NCBI GenBank assembly: GCA_002269645.1
Contig: NIVC01000833.1
Location: forward strand, 1 to 64,000
Origin: Macrostomum lignano
Taxonomy: Eukaryota
Direction of reading: 5' to 3'
Length of the DNA: 64,000 nucleotides
Positions 9,866-22,273 of the stretch are shown one piece after another. Position 1 is the first letter of the stretch, and every line of letters starts with the position of its first letter. The notes under the pieces were generated by a model that was not told the DNA's origin, searched no databases, and saw only the letters and a program-made list of their open reading frames with translations. A program made the position numbers and the translations under genes.

Positions 9866-12800
9866 ATGAGAAGCAAGACTCCTGAAGCAGAGAGCGAAAA
9901 TCAATTCAATAAGCGAGGCAGTTCAGTCAGCCGTCATCACAGTTTCACGGTTGGCGGTCTGTTTAATTCGATGCAGCACACCTGGAAGATTCGAGACCCA
10001 CCACCACTCAGCAAGCAGCTGTCAGACGAGCTTCTTAATTCGGTCTGTTCGCATTTTGTCTGGCTGCCAAAGCGGCAGTGCAGCAGTTCCTGCAAGTGTT
10101 CGGACGTCAAACAATTACCAGTCGATTTGTCTGCCCTGATTCACTGTAGCAACTATTTTTCATTGCTGATGCAATACGTCAATGGTCGGTGAGCATAAGT
10201 AGCACCATAAACTCTGTATAGTAAAGTAAGACGTTATACGTTATATTGAAGTTTCTCTCCCTCCCTGCGCCTTGTAGCCATTCCTAGCCAATCATTTCTT
10301 AAGCCTAGGCTAGAGTGAAATAGTATAGTGGACTAGCGATCTGCGCCCCCCGTCGGGGAGGCAACAAAAAAAGGATTTTTTTAATGCTATACATTTACCT
10401 TTTGACCTTGTACAGTCGCTATTGTTAGTTTCTAAAGTAAAATGATGTTTAAATCACTCAGGCATCAGCCCTGAAACAGAGCTGTCCAGCCTACGATATG
10501 AGCTTGTGAGCTTTGACATCACAGCCTCTCTTCAAGCCATGCCTTAATCCTTACTCTCCCTTGACATCTCAGCAACTCCCCATATGAGCCTTGACATCCC
10601 AGCAACTCCCCATATGAGCCTTGACATCTCAGCAATCCCCCATGAGCCTTGACATCCCAGAAACTCCCCATATGAGCCTTGAAATCTCAGCAATTCCACC
10701 ATTAGTCTTGACTTCTCATCTGTGCCCGGTGGGTTGTTCGCAGTTGATTGTCTTAATTGTGTCTTTGAGTGATACCAAAGGTACTCCGATTGCATCAGAT
10801 ATTTCCCTGAAATGGTTCCTATGCACCAGTAGATTCTGTCCTGCTGATCAATGTGACTCGTCTCAGTTGTTTGGCGACAGCTTCTGATCACGAAAGGGCA
10901 TTGAGCAATTTCTTAGTCGCAAAACATGCACTATTACGGGAATATTTCTGATCGAACGGTGCAAGTTTCATGAAAATCGATTGAGCCGTTTTTTCTGAAA
11001 TCAATCACTTACCTAGATTGGTAGATATCGAAAACTCATTTTATAATTTAGCATAGCGGATTGAAAACTGTGTCCATTCCCAAATAACTCTATTAAAAAG
11101 AAAAACATGTGCTCAGCTATTTACAATCTGTCTTCTAGTGAAGAGTGCCCCTGTGCAGATGATACTCAAACGCTGTCTTATATAATCATTTTTACCCCTC
11201 CCCCGCAGGGTGCTCCAACTGCCAAGCAACCAGCTCCCTTTCTTAGAAAGAGGTTTCCAAGCTTTTCTCAGCTTCGCAAACGACTCGCCATTCAAAGTCA
11301 CAGACGGGAACGCCATGGACTTGTACATGACTGCCGACTTTTTCCTCTGTCAAGAACTTAGCGCAAAAGTTCTGCAATTTCTTGCCGAGCGCTTCAAACA
11401 AGACGTGCATTTCGCTTTGCACCTGCTGATGGAGATTGACGGATTCTGGCTGCCTGAGCTGGAAAGAGTTGCCATGGAGGCGGTCCTGAGCAAATTTACT
11501 AAAATTTTTGAAGCAACAAATTCTCCAGAACAGTGGTTGAAGCTCAGCGCTGATCTGGTGAGAGATGCTATTTATAACATATGCTTATTTGCTCATGATC
11601 ATCACCCTGGTGCTAAAGCCCCTTGTGCTAAAGCCCCTGGTGATAAAGCCACTGGTGCTAAAGCCCCTGGTGCTAAAGCCACTGGTGCTAAAGCCCCTGG
11701 TGCTAAAGCCCCTTGTGCTGAAGCCCCTTGTGCTATAGATTTTTCTATAGTCATTCATTCGAGTATTTCCCATTCTCATCCGTAGGTGCATCGCATACTG
11801 AGTCACAACGCTTTGAACTGTCAATCAGAGGAGCAGGTGCTGGCTGCTGCTGCTGGCTGGCTACGCGCCAACCCCGGCCACCAGCGAGCGGCCGCGCGGC
11901 TCTCCGAGTGCGTCCGGTTCGGTCTGCTCGAGCCCGGCCAGAGAGCTCGGCTCAGCATGAGCTATCCGGATCTGATGCGCTGGTCACCGCCTCCCTGGTC
12001 TGTCGCCATGCTGAATAACTCTGCAACGGGAAAGAGCCGAACTCGGCACTCTGGTGGGGGCGCGAATTCTGTCAACTCGAGGCCAAGGGAGCCGCACGAG
12101 GTGAGACTAAAGTGTATGGCCCAATGGGAGCCAGCTAGCGCTAGAGAAAGCTTTTTCAGCAATTGCATTGGCCCTGCTTCTCGACTTTTGCCATCGAAAA
12201 ATTTACCGTTGAGCTTTCGAATCGTGGAAATCGACCCACTTTCAACATTATCATCACAGCAACCTCTTTTTAGCGAAAACACACTCAGAATTGCACACAG
12301 ACAAACTCAAAGAGCACTAAAACACGCTAGTTTTTGAGTTGCTGGAGCTGCAGGATAAAGCAATCTGACGCACGATGAGTCGCCGAGTCGCCCTCGTCCG
12401 TCCAAGCGACCGGTTGCGCAGTCGCCGACTCCAGCTGGCAGGCCGCATCATCGGCGCCGAGTCGCCTGTCCTGCCCACAGCCTTCCTTCTCCACTTCCTC
12501 AACTACCGGCTAACATTTATAGAATATTTACACACCACTATGCAGATTGTGCTCGTGTTCGGCGGCTGGGGTCAAAGACCTGCGCCCATCGCAGTCGCAG
12601 GCAGAGTGGCAGCAGAAGCTACCAACCAATCGGCGCACGATGCCGATAATGCAGCAAACCAGCAGCAACAGCAGGTGCCGCAGGTTCAGACCGCTACCGG
12701 CACAACGGGTCCTCAGGCGGCATGTCAAGTGTACAACCCGCGAGCCGACTGCTGGCTTCTTCGCTGTCCGAACAGTGGAAGCAGAAGTAGGACTGGCCAC

Positions 12801-14137
12801 GGTCTTCCATCGAATCACATCGGTCAGCTGGGCGCTCGCGTCTACTCCGGCTGCCTGCTGGTTGACGGAGTCATCTACGTCATCGGCGGTTACGACGGTC
12901 AGCAGGCGTTGCGGGCTGTGTGGCGCTACAGCCTGCGCCAGCCCGAGCTTGGCTGGCACATCGGCTCCTGTCTGACGCATAAACGGTACTACGTCAGCTG
13001 CGCGGCCACCGAGACGGGCGCGATGTACGCCATCGGCGGCCACTCCGGCGAAGTGGTGGCGCAAGATCAGCGCGGACTGACTGCCCGGCTTAGCTCCGTT
13101 GAACGGCTTCAAGCTGGGGAGAGCGTCTGGATTGAGGTTTGCAGCTGCTAACTGTTGTCTGTAACTTGCTGAATGATTGCTGATTGAGTTATTGCGTTTT
13201 TCGATACTGCATCCGGAAGGCGTATCTATGTACAAATAGGTGTGCACCAGAGTTTTGCAGGCGTGTTCATGCCGAAATTTGCAGCTGGGTTCACGCAGAG
13301 CTCTAACCGTGATGTTGATGCTTTTGCTGTCGAATGTTAGGTGAATACAAAAGTCTGAATTTTCTTTACCTCGACCCAGGTCGCCAGCCTGCACGTGGTG
13401 CGCAGCGACGCCGGCGCCGCAGCCATTGGCGAGAGAGTCTTCGTAGCCGGAGGTTTCGACGGGCAGCGCTACCACGACACGGCCGAATTGTACGACCCGG
13501 ATGTTGACCAGTGGACTCTCATTGGTCGTATGTGCCATCCGCGAAGTGGCGTCGCTCTGGTTGCTATTGGCGACGCAGTCTATGCAGTTGGGGGCAACGA
13601 TGGGGAGAAGAGGCTGCGCTCGATCGAGAAGTACCGACTCAGTGGACTGGACAACGAATGGGTAGAGGTAGGACAGGTGAGAGAACAGACTTCTACGCTC
13701 GTATGTGATGTAGGTTCAGAATGAGAATGAGAATTGATACCTGTACACAGATGCAGAATGTGAACATGGGCACAAACTGTTCACAGATACAGGAAGTGTA
13801 AACAGGTACAACACACGCGCGAAGACCACGGCACATTTACGATGCGCATAAATATTTTTTTAGATACAAATGCAACCCAGTCAGCTGTACCCAATTGCAG
13901 ATGCTGCAAGCCAAGAGCAACCTGTCGGCCGTCGCCCTGGACGGTGGCACCCGAATTCTGTCCATCGGTGGCTGGTCGGACGACGGTCAGCCAGGAGTTT
14001 TGGCCACCTCCGAGACCTTCTGCTTGTGCAGCGGAGCGTCGAAGCGGACAGCGAATTGCGGCTTCGCAGCGTCGGCCACGTCTGCCTGCGTGCTCCGGGA
14101 TCATCAAACTGCTCAGTGGCTTCTGCAGCAGCTATAG
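9866..14137 (+). CDS. KLHL10-like: BTB-BACK-Kelch protein, KLHL10-like; exons about 9866-10188, 11209-11557, 11786-12100, 12546-13136, 13380-13676, 13901-14137
   Basis: BTB (ALIHCSNYF; NAMDLYMTADFF), BACK (ILSHNALNCQSEEQVLAAAAGW...VRFGLL) and Kelch blades with RYYVS / RSDA / RSGV / KSNL, the KLHL10-type series. Splice phases are consistent; the start codon is less certain. Confidence 0.85.
10558..10700. repeat. About 30-bp tandem repeat (CCTTGACATCTCAGCAACTCCCCATATGAG), about 4.5 units, in the first KLHL intron
   Basis: Visible tandem units. Confidence 0.85.
11605..11732. repeat. 15-bp repeat (GGTGCTAAAGCCCCT)n, reverse complement of the 59.9-63.9 kb satellite, in KLHL intron 2
   Basis: About 8 units; the unit is the reverse complement of AGGGGCTTTAGCACC. 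Confidence 0.9.
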
Positions 14138-14560
14138 AGACAGCAACAGGAACTATTGCTCAACTCAACAGTTTATTGATCTAAGTAATCAAAATTTTAG
14201 TGGGTTAAAAACTTATAAAAATTTTATTAGTAGTCGAATGTGACGAAATAAGTTTGCGTTTTGCAATTAAAAATTCGTGACTAAAGCATTGATTAGGAGG
14301 TATATTAATGCCCTTATTTTGAATGCATAAGAGCATATTTCACACAGGTATTCAATATCCCGAAGGAAGATAATAAATTTAATTTCAGAATGAAATATAT
14401 ATATAAATACATTTAAAATAAATTTCTTCTTGATATGCTCTGTGAAGTATGATGATCAAATTCAAAGCTGATGGATTTTTGCCTCGGTATTTTGTTAACA
14501 CCCGAAAGGTTTTGACGTTTTGAGATCAAGTTATTCAGCTTCCGCAGTTATTTTGTACTG

Positions 14561-14810
14561 CATCGTCGCCCAAGCCACTGCGGCATCACCGGTAATGAGG
14601 TGGCGGATGCCGCGGTCAAGGAGTGCGTTGAGGAAGTCGGAGTACTGGCCAGCCTGGTCGTCAAGGCAGCCCGGAGACGCAGCAAGCACAGGTCCGAGTG
14701 GAGACACAAGAGAATGAAGAGTGTGTACGAAGGCTCGCAGCAGGTGAAGCCTTAGCGAACACCCCAGTGAAGCGAAGCTCTATGGGAGTGGCTTAAGAAG
14801 CATCCGCCGT
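14561..14810 (+). mobile_element. Retroelement RNase H C-terminal fragment
   Basis: The frame reading PSHCGITGNEVADAAVKE matches the RNase H motif (P)SH.GI.GNE.AD..AK. Confidence 0.6.
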
Positions 14811-14837
14811 GAAACAAGTAAGGGATCGTTGGCAGTA

Positions 14838-14839
14838 TC

Positions 14840-14877
<38 letters not shown>

Positions 14878-15322
14878 AAGAATACGCAGTTAGCGTCACA
14901 GGGCGCGCTTCAAGGCCAGGTCGCGAATGAACGCCACGCCGCCGGCCGAATCCGGGACGCCGGCGTCAGCCAGCAGGCAGTCGACGAAACGCCGAGTGCG
15001 CGCCTGCCCCTGCCAGTAGGGTGCCTGCAGCGTTAGCAGCAGCACCTCCTGCACCGGCTCTGGGCAGTACGACTCAGCGCGGATGATGTGGCCTGCCAGC
15101 TGGGGTCGCCGACGGCGCAGCAGGTCGCTTGGACGGACCAGGCCGGCGCGGAGATACTAAAGCCGCGTTGGTCACTCGCTCGTAGCCGATCTTGAAGGCG
15201 GCGCGCAGCAGGCCAGCGTGCACCGCGTCAACTTGCTGCTCGAGCGACTCCGTCAGCGTCCAGGTCTCGGCGTTGTACAGCAGGACGGTATCGATCACCG
15301 CCTGGAACAACGCCGCCCGAAT
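14838..15322 (-). mobile_element. 5'-truncated RTE-clade LINE 3' end with (TTG)n tail
   Basis: FQAVIDTVLLYNAETWTLT...LLRAAFKI...QLAGHIIR is the typical RTE C-terminus. The stop is followed by a (TTG)n tail at 14838-14876. Confidence 0.8.
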
Positions 15323-16661
15323 GCTAAAAAATTGACCAACACTGTCAGTCTTAAAGACAATTCAACTTGAAGATACCAAAATAATTGACAGATTTTATAT
15401 TTATCTCAAAGTTTCAGTCTCAAACTTAATATTTTTACCATATACCGGTACACGTTGAGTAGTTAGAGGAGCACTATTATGGTTGCATGGATGCATAAGG
15501 CACGTACATCTAGGCTTTACAATAAGTAAAACACGGAACCAGTACTCAAACTTCGGTATCACCTGGGACGTAAGAGCCAAAAGAGACCTTGGGATTCAAT
15601 AAAAAGAAGTGACAATCATTTTAGTCCACAAACTTGGACTCATCAAAGAAGCATGCGTTTCGTTGAAATTATGTGGAAATGGCACTCTTATGAGCAGGTT
15701 CGAACTGTTAGGATACATTTTCATAACATTGTTTTCCATGGGTCTAAAATAAAACTTGCGCGTATTAATAAATATTTGACATACAGAGGGTTGCTACAAT
15801 CCACATCGGTAGCCAGAATTGCCGTAAAAATTTTCTAAACGTACGTGCATTTTGATTTCAGTTTCAGTGTTGTTACAATTCTGAAACTTTAAATATAATA
15901 TCCGTAAGAACCCTAAAATTTTATTTTATCTTTCAGATTCATATTTCAAGCCAAGCAAAAAGTCCCTGTTTCAAGGAGTGGCCACTCGTAGAAAGTTAAG
16001 CCTCAAACTTTGTTATAATGATTATGTTTTTAGATATTGACATTTGATAGCTGCATAGTTTTTATATATTTGATATACGCAAGTTTAAAATGGTTACACT
16101 TAAGATTGCAAGCAGGAAAAACAGAACCAGTTCTCGCAAATCGGGATTTTTACAATACACATTTGCAGTAGTTATAGCAATTCTCATGGGCTTGAAATCA
16201 TGCTGTACGTATATGTGGATTTAAAAATTGTGTGTCTCTGATGATAGATAATAAGCATTATAGTCGTGATCACCTGGGAAATACGAGTCTAAAGGGTATT
16301 AAGAATTTTCTAAGAACAAACGCTCCGATTCAAAAAAGTAAACAATAAAAATGCTTACACAATGTAGCAAATCAAATTCGAGATTGTGACGGTTAAGTTA
16401 ATATATGCTCGATGTACATTGAAGAAAAGCGCGTTGTACTGTGCAATAATGTCAAATGAACATGTGTATGAATGTGCCTGTGTATGAATGAATGTGTATG
16501 AATGTGAATTTTACGACATAATGAGTGCTCCAATAGGCTTGTCGTGAATATCAGATTCCTAGAGACGGTCATTTACAAAATTAAGTAAATAAAAAAGCAC
16601 GTCCTCGGGTCTCAGCCTCTGCATCAGCGACTGTCTCAGAGCCATCGCGTTGCTCCAGCGA

Positions 16662-19579
16662 TTAAGCGGAGGCTTCTTGCGGTGTGGCAACTGCTGCTTC
16701 GTCCGAAGCCGAGCGGCAGCGAGCGCAGCGCCTGCGGAGCCACACAGACAGCACGACAATTCCGGCGATGCCCAATATGATGCCAACGAGGGCCGCGATA
16801 CCTGCCGGAGACGGAGAGGCGGACTCCGAAGTGGACTCCTGAGCAGAGCTGTAGGGCGCCGATTCGGCATCAGAACTGCTGCTGCTGCTGCTGTTGTAGC
16901 TGCTGCTACTGTCGATTGAGCTGGTTTCGTCATCGCTCGAAGCTGAGCCGAAGAAGCCGAGGAAGCGCCACACGTGCTGTGTGATATTAAAGGACCAACG
17001 CCAGCCGTGATGTTTCACGACAGTGACGGGATGCTCGACCAACTCATAGTCGGGCTCCTCGAATGGCGGGCGCCTCACTTGAATCTGGGCGAGCCCGGAG
17101 CGACCCTTCACGCACTGCATGATTGCGCAGCCGTCGACCGTGTCCAGAGTCACCTGGCTGAATTCTTTCGGGCAGTGCTTCGGCGCATCCAGACCTCCGC
17201 TTGTCTCCGACAGCGGGTTGCCCGAGTCGCAGGAAAAGAACCCGGCGAACGGGATTCTGCCGCGAGAAGCCCTGCTCAGGTCCATACTCAGGCACAGGTA
17301 GATGTCGCGTCCGACCTTGTAGGGCCGGAAGTGCTCCGGACACTCTTTGCTCTGCGTGATGTCGTTGAGGAATCGTCCGTCCGCAGCGTAGGCGCCTGCG
17401 TAGAACATGCCGGGGTTGGGATCAGCTTCGAAGTGCGACGAGCAGTGCACCAGTAGGCAGTCAGGACGGTGTACGAGTCGACGCATTGGGTTCGCTCTTC
17501 GTGGTGAACGCACCAGATAAACCAGGAAGTGCAATGCTTCGTCTTCCAGCAGCGCTTGCTGTTGCGGCCAACGGTCGAAAGAAGCTTCACCTGGAAAAGC
17601 AACACTTTACGGATCGTTAAGTAGCCTGAAACGGTCCGCTGGTAGGACAGAGTGTTATTGAGAAGCAGAAAGTTGTACCCTACACTTAAATCGAACTACT
17701 CGTAAGTACAAATGTAGCTAGATTTACTCGAGGGGCCGTAGCCCAGTGGTGCCCAGCGCGGCGCTCTGATGTGCCAGCGGCCTGGGCTCGATTCCAAGTG
17801 CAGTCGCATTAACTTAGGGCTAAATTGGAATCTCGGCTTGGGTCTGCTCGAGCAATAAACACCCTTGAGGGCCAACCTCCAAGGCAAAATGAAGTGTACA
17901 GGCCTAACAATAAATAAAGTTTGGGCCGCTGTACACTCCTGTGCTGTGCGTATGACTTCATATGTATGATGCGCGTGTGTGCTTGCTCAGGGGAGTCGGC
18001 GGAATGGGCAGTAATGCCGCCTCTCTTAAAGTGAGCCAGGGTGCACACAACCCTCTGCCTCTAACTGAAAAAGCTAAATTTACTCACCGGCTCATACCCA
18101 ACTTGACACCTGGTCCCGCCCGTGATGGGGTTGAGCAGAACGCCGCTGCCTGCACCGGAGCACAGGTTGAAGCCCGCGCGGGGGTTCGACTCCCAGCACT
18201 GCTGATAGACGCCAGCGAAGCTGAAGTTGGTGCCGGGAGCCTCGCACTGGCCGGCTGTATTGGCGATGGGGTCAAAGTTTCTCGAATTCGGGTCCAGACA
18301 GCCCTTGACGGTGTTGGCCTTGTAGTAGCTGAAATCAGTCATGGCAAACCTTCTTTTGAGCAGCATTCTTTTGAGCATGCTTGAAAAGCTTCTCATTCGT
18401 AGATGCTCGGTAATACTTACCGCATTACGGCATCCTCGATCTCCTTCCGCAGCTTCAACATGTGCGTCATGGGCAGGTTCGGAAGGGAGCGCCTGTTGAC
18501 CACGCTGTACAGCGGCTCGCCATTGCGATCGATCGGCACCAGATTCTCGTGTAAAGACTTGATCCAGTCGTCCAGCTTCGGGTTCGAACCAAGGACTGGT
18601 CCGCCCGAAGTTCGTAAAATCATTTTGCGAATACTATTCTTGTACTTGGTGACTTCTTCATTCGTCACGGAAACACCGATGCTAATATTGGAGCTGAAAA
18701 AACGAAGAAAGCTGAAGCTTGCTGCTGCTGAAAACTTGTTCTGCATGAAGTTCGAGTCGTCGATGGAACGAGAATTAAAGAAGTCCAGCTTTTCAAGAAT
18801 GCCTCCAGCCTCTACAGAGGTGATCACGTGGGTTCCGAAGTCCCGGACGATTAGATCGGACAGGTATCGAGCCAGCTTTGTTTGATTGTTCACCAGCGCG
18901 TTCATCACTTCCGTCAAGCGATTGGTGAGCGCTGCAGACAGCTTGAAGTCTGGTTGAAGCTTCGAAGAGTAGAGTCGGTAACGAAGCTGAGACCTGCCAA
19001 TATCCAGTTTGTTCTGCACCGCGACCTTCTTCACCTGTTGAAACTCGTTAGACAGTTTTCCGCCAATCCTAAATGCAGCGATTTTTCCACTGGCTTCTAG
19101 ATTGATCGAGACGCTTAGCGAGCTGGTATAGTTGCTAAAGTGGTCAATCACTTCGGACATCACCTCTATGTTGGACTCCTTTCTCGGGTACAGAATCACA
19201 TTCTTCGGCAGAACGTACATGCCGTCATCTGACAGGGCGCAGTCTGTAAACGACAGGTCGGCTACGAGACCCATGTCCTTGTTTCTCAGGTTGTCCCAGC
19301 CGCCACCTGTCAATCAAGAAGATGAGGTTTTCATTTTCCATCTTAGAAAAACAGCAAGGTAAAACGCTTGCCAACACAAAATATTTCAAGTGTCAAAAAA
19401 TCTCGTTAATTACCTGGCATCGAAGAGAACCGAGTGATCGAGCTTCCGCTATTAAGCAGCCACACGCACCTGTTGCTGCCATCCGAGGCGGGCAAGCTCT
19501 GATTGAGGTTGCTAACTGGTGCAGCCCCAATGCAACAGCAAAGACCAGCGAGGATCGAAAGAACCAACGGCAGTTGCAT
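16662..19579 (-). CDS. MPEG1: Perforin-2/MPEG1 paralog C' (mirror copy of C); exons 19579-19414, 19306-18421, 18328-18088, 17590-16662; 1-nt frameshift at about 17418-17423
   Basis: Reverse complement of the gene at 22274-25191, with identical ORF translations. Confidence 0.93.
17730..18071 (+). mobile_element. tRNA-derived SINE in intron 3 of MPEG1-C' (mirror of 23782-24123)
   Basis: Head GGGGCCGTAGCCCAGTGG (A box) and GGGCTCGATTCC (B box); A-rich end. Confidence 0.8.
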
Positions 19580-19949
19580 TCCGGCGAGTCAGTGTTGGTG
19601 AAGCCAAATTGCTTTCCTGTCTCAGTCTGCAGGCTCTCGCTCTGCCCGATTTCCTGCCGAGATCCCACAATCGCTTCTCATATAAATACTAAAGTCAAGA
19701 GGGCCGTGTTTCTATCTTTAGTTTCCGCTTAAATATCAAATTCAGCAGATCGAGCTTGTTTCTATCTTTAGCATCTGGGTGACACCATTGTTTGCGGACT
19801 TTCTTCTCACCCAACAATGCATTAAATTCAATTGTACGAGCGTAGCTTCTTGTTTCTATGTTTAGCAGTTTCAAACAGAAGGTGAACTTATTGCCTCCAT
19901 CAAAATACGAATGTCTAAACTTAGCAACAAATGCAAAACACAGTGCGGT

Positions 19950-21673
19950 ACTCGTAGACCATGCGTGGCGAGCACGCTGCCATTGATAAGAATGCAGACC
20001 CCAAAACCGGAGAGACCGTCTTTTAGGGATCCGTCTGTGTAGCAGTGGACCTCCTGGGGATTCCAGTGGTCGTTAGCCTCCTCACGGGGAGGAAGACTGA
20101 CCTTGAATCGAAGACAGAGGTTGAGCGTGCGGGGTTCCCCGTCCGAAAGGACGTTGAGACCTCCGCTCTCCTGAAATCTTTGAGACAGAGGTCGGAATGA
20201 GGCAGAAGCTTGCGCTTAGCCATTGCCCTCTGGGGCTTGAGAGTAATGCCGGTGTCAATGAGACGCCGGGCTGCCTTGACCGCCTCACTGCGGACGAAAA
20301 TGTCCATCGGAGACCAAGGAGGCCAAGGAGGTCAAGGAAGGCGTTGAGGCCGTCGAATGGAGCAGAGGGCGGGGCGCTCATTATCATTCGACAAGCGCGC
20401 CCCTGCACTCGTTTAAGAGCCTCGAAGCAGGTCTTAATCTGCAGGGCACTCGCCCAGATCAGTCCGGCGTAGGAGATCGCCGGCCTGACCATAGCAGTGT
20501 AGATCCACCAGAGGCGTTTAGGGGTAAGGCCCCAAGTAGTGCCAACGGGCCTGCGCAATTGCGCCAGGATCGCGAAGGCCTTTTTAGTCTTGGCATGAAC
20601 ATGCGGGGACCAGTTCAGCCTGTGATCAAGGGTGACCCAAGATACTTGACTTGCTTACGGAAGGGATTTCCTGTCCGTAGAGCGTGAGATTGCGGGATTG
20701 CCATTTCGTCCTGCTGGTGAACATGACCACAGCGGTCTTAGTCTCAGAGAGCTTCAGACCGCATCGGTCCGCCCAGCGTTCAGCAGTGTTAATGAAGTTC
20801 TGAAGGAGATCACGCAGGGTGTCTGGCGATGGCCCAGAGGCTACCGCCGTGACATCGTCCGCATAACCGACCTTCAGAATAGGGTTAGGACAGGCGTCCC
20901 GTAGAAGCTCGTCAATAACCATGTTCCAGAGAATTGGAGAGAGGACTGCTTGAATTGAACTGAATTGAATTGAATTGCTTCAAGGTAGGCGGTCTGGTCC
21001 ATTTGGCGTTTAGATTTGGTGGCCCTGCGGTGTAACCGTTTGGCTTTGCGGCGGAGGTCGCCAAGCTTGGGGTTCCACCACGGGGCCGAAGTTTTGCCCC
21101 TGTAGGCTTCGAAGGCAGGAGGCCTCGAAAGCGGAGGTTAGCGAATCCGTGAGAACAGCCGCATAAACCTCCGTTTCTTGGCAAGAGTCAATGGAGGTCG
21201 GAAAGCAGGAGTTCCAAAGGGTTGAATCCAGGATGAACCTGAAAGCCTCCCAATCGGTGTTCCTGGCATTCCGTCTCCAGATGATATGGTCATTGCGTTG
21301 TGCGCTGGCCACGTGAAAGGAGTTGAGCTTGTGGTCAGAGAGAGACGCCACAGGAAGGACCTGCCACTCATCAATCCTCTGGTAGAGTCTTGGTGTGGCA
21401 AGTGTGGCATCAAGGACCTCCGCCCAACGCCCGTTATCAAAAGTAGGGGTTTTGCCTGAGTTGCAGAACTCAAGCGTGGTGGAGGCAACATAAATCAGGA
21501 GGTCTTCACCTCTCTGATTAATGTTTGTGCTGCCCCAGTGAGTTGGTGAGCATTTATATCGCCAGCAACCATTAGCTTGTAGTTTCTGGCAGAACAAAGT
21601 TCCACCAGTGAGATAAGCTCCTCCGAGACAACAGCCTTGTCGCCCGGTAAGTAAACCGAGGTGATCAGGGTCG
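19950..21673 (-). mobile_element. Degenerate, internally deleted RNase H-bearing LINE (R1/LOA/Tad-like): APE endonuclease, RT and RNase H fragments
   Basis: ITSVYLPG..AGDINAH..WGS..LSDH (APE); VLSPILWNMVIDELL and GYADD (RT); TWGLTPKRLWWIYTAMVRPAISY; YTDGS (RNase H, at about 20030-20045). Confidence 0.88.
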
Positions 21674-22273
21674 AGATTTCAGGAGAGCGGAGGTCTCAAC
21701 GTCCTTTCGGACGGGGAACCCCGCACGCTCAACCTCTGTCTTCGATTCAAGGTCAGTCTTCCTCCCCGTGAGGAGGCTAACGACCACTGGAATCCCCAGG
21801 AGGTCCACTGCTACACAGACGGATCCCTAAAAGACGGTCTCTCCGGTTTTGGGGTCTGCATTCTTATCAATGGCAGCGTGCTCGCCACGCATGGTCTACG
21901 AGTACCGCACTGTGTTTTGCATTTGTTGCTAAGTTTAGACATTCGTATTTTGATGGAGGCAATAAGTTCACCTTCTGTTTGAAACTGCTAAACATAGAAA
22001 CAAGAAGCTACGCTCGTACAATTGAATTTAATGCATTGTTGGGTGAGAAGAAAGTCCGCAAACAATGGTGTCACCCAGATGCTAAAGATAGAAACAAGCT
22101 CGATCTGCTGAATTTGATATTTAAGCGGAAACTAAAGATAGAAACACGGCCCTCTTGACTTTAGTATTTATATGAGAAGCGATTGTGGGATCTCGGCAGG
22201 AAATCGGGCAGAGCGAGAGCCTGCAGACTGAGACAGGAAAGCAATTTGGCTTCACCAACACTGACTCGCCGGA

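Larger units (their letters stand above)
16000..20179. repeat. Left arm of 4,180-bp inverted duplication (partner 21674-25853)
   Basis: All 18 ORFs inside have identical mirrored partners whose coordinates sum to 41853. Boundaries were read from the first mismatches. Confidence 0.97.

Noticed and set aside
10900-11040. Possible Helitron/Helentron-like remnant (AAGTTTCATGAAAATCG..GAGCCGTTT) in KLHL intron 1
   Set aside because: Only a short motif resemblance; termini and hairpin could not be established.
14809-15036. PolyQ-containing ORF
   Set aside because: It is the antisense reading of the RTE (TTG)n tail.
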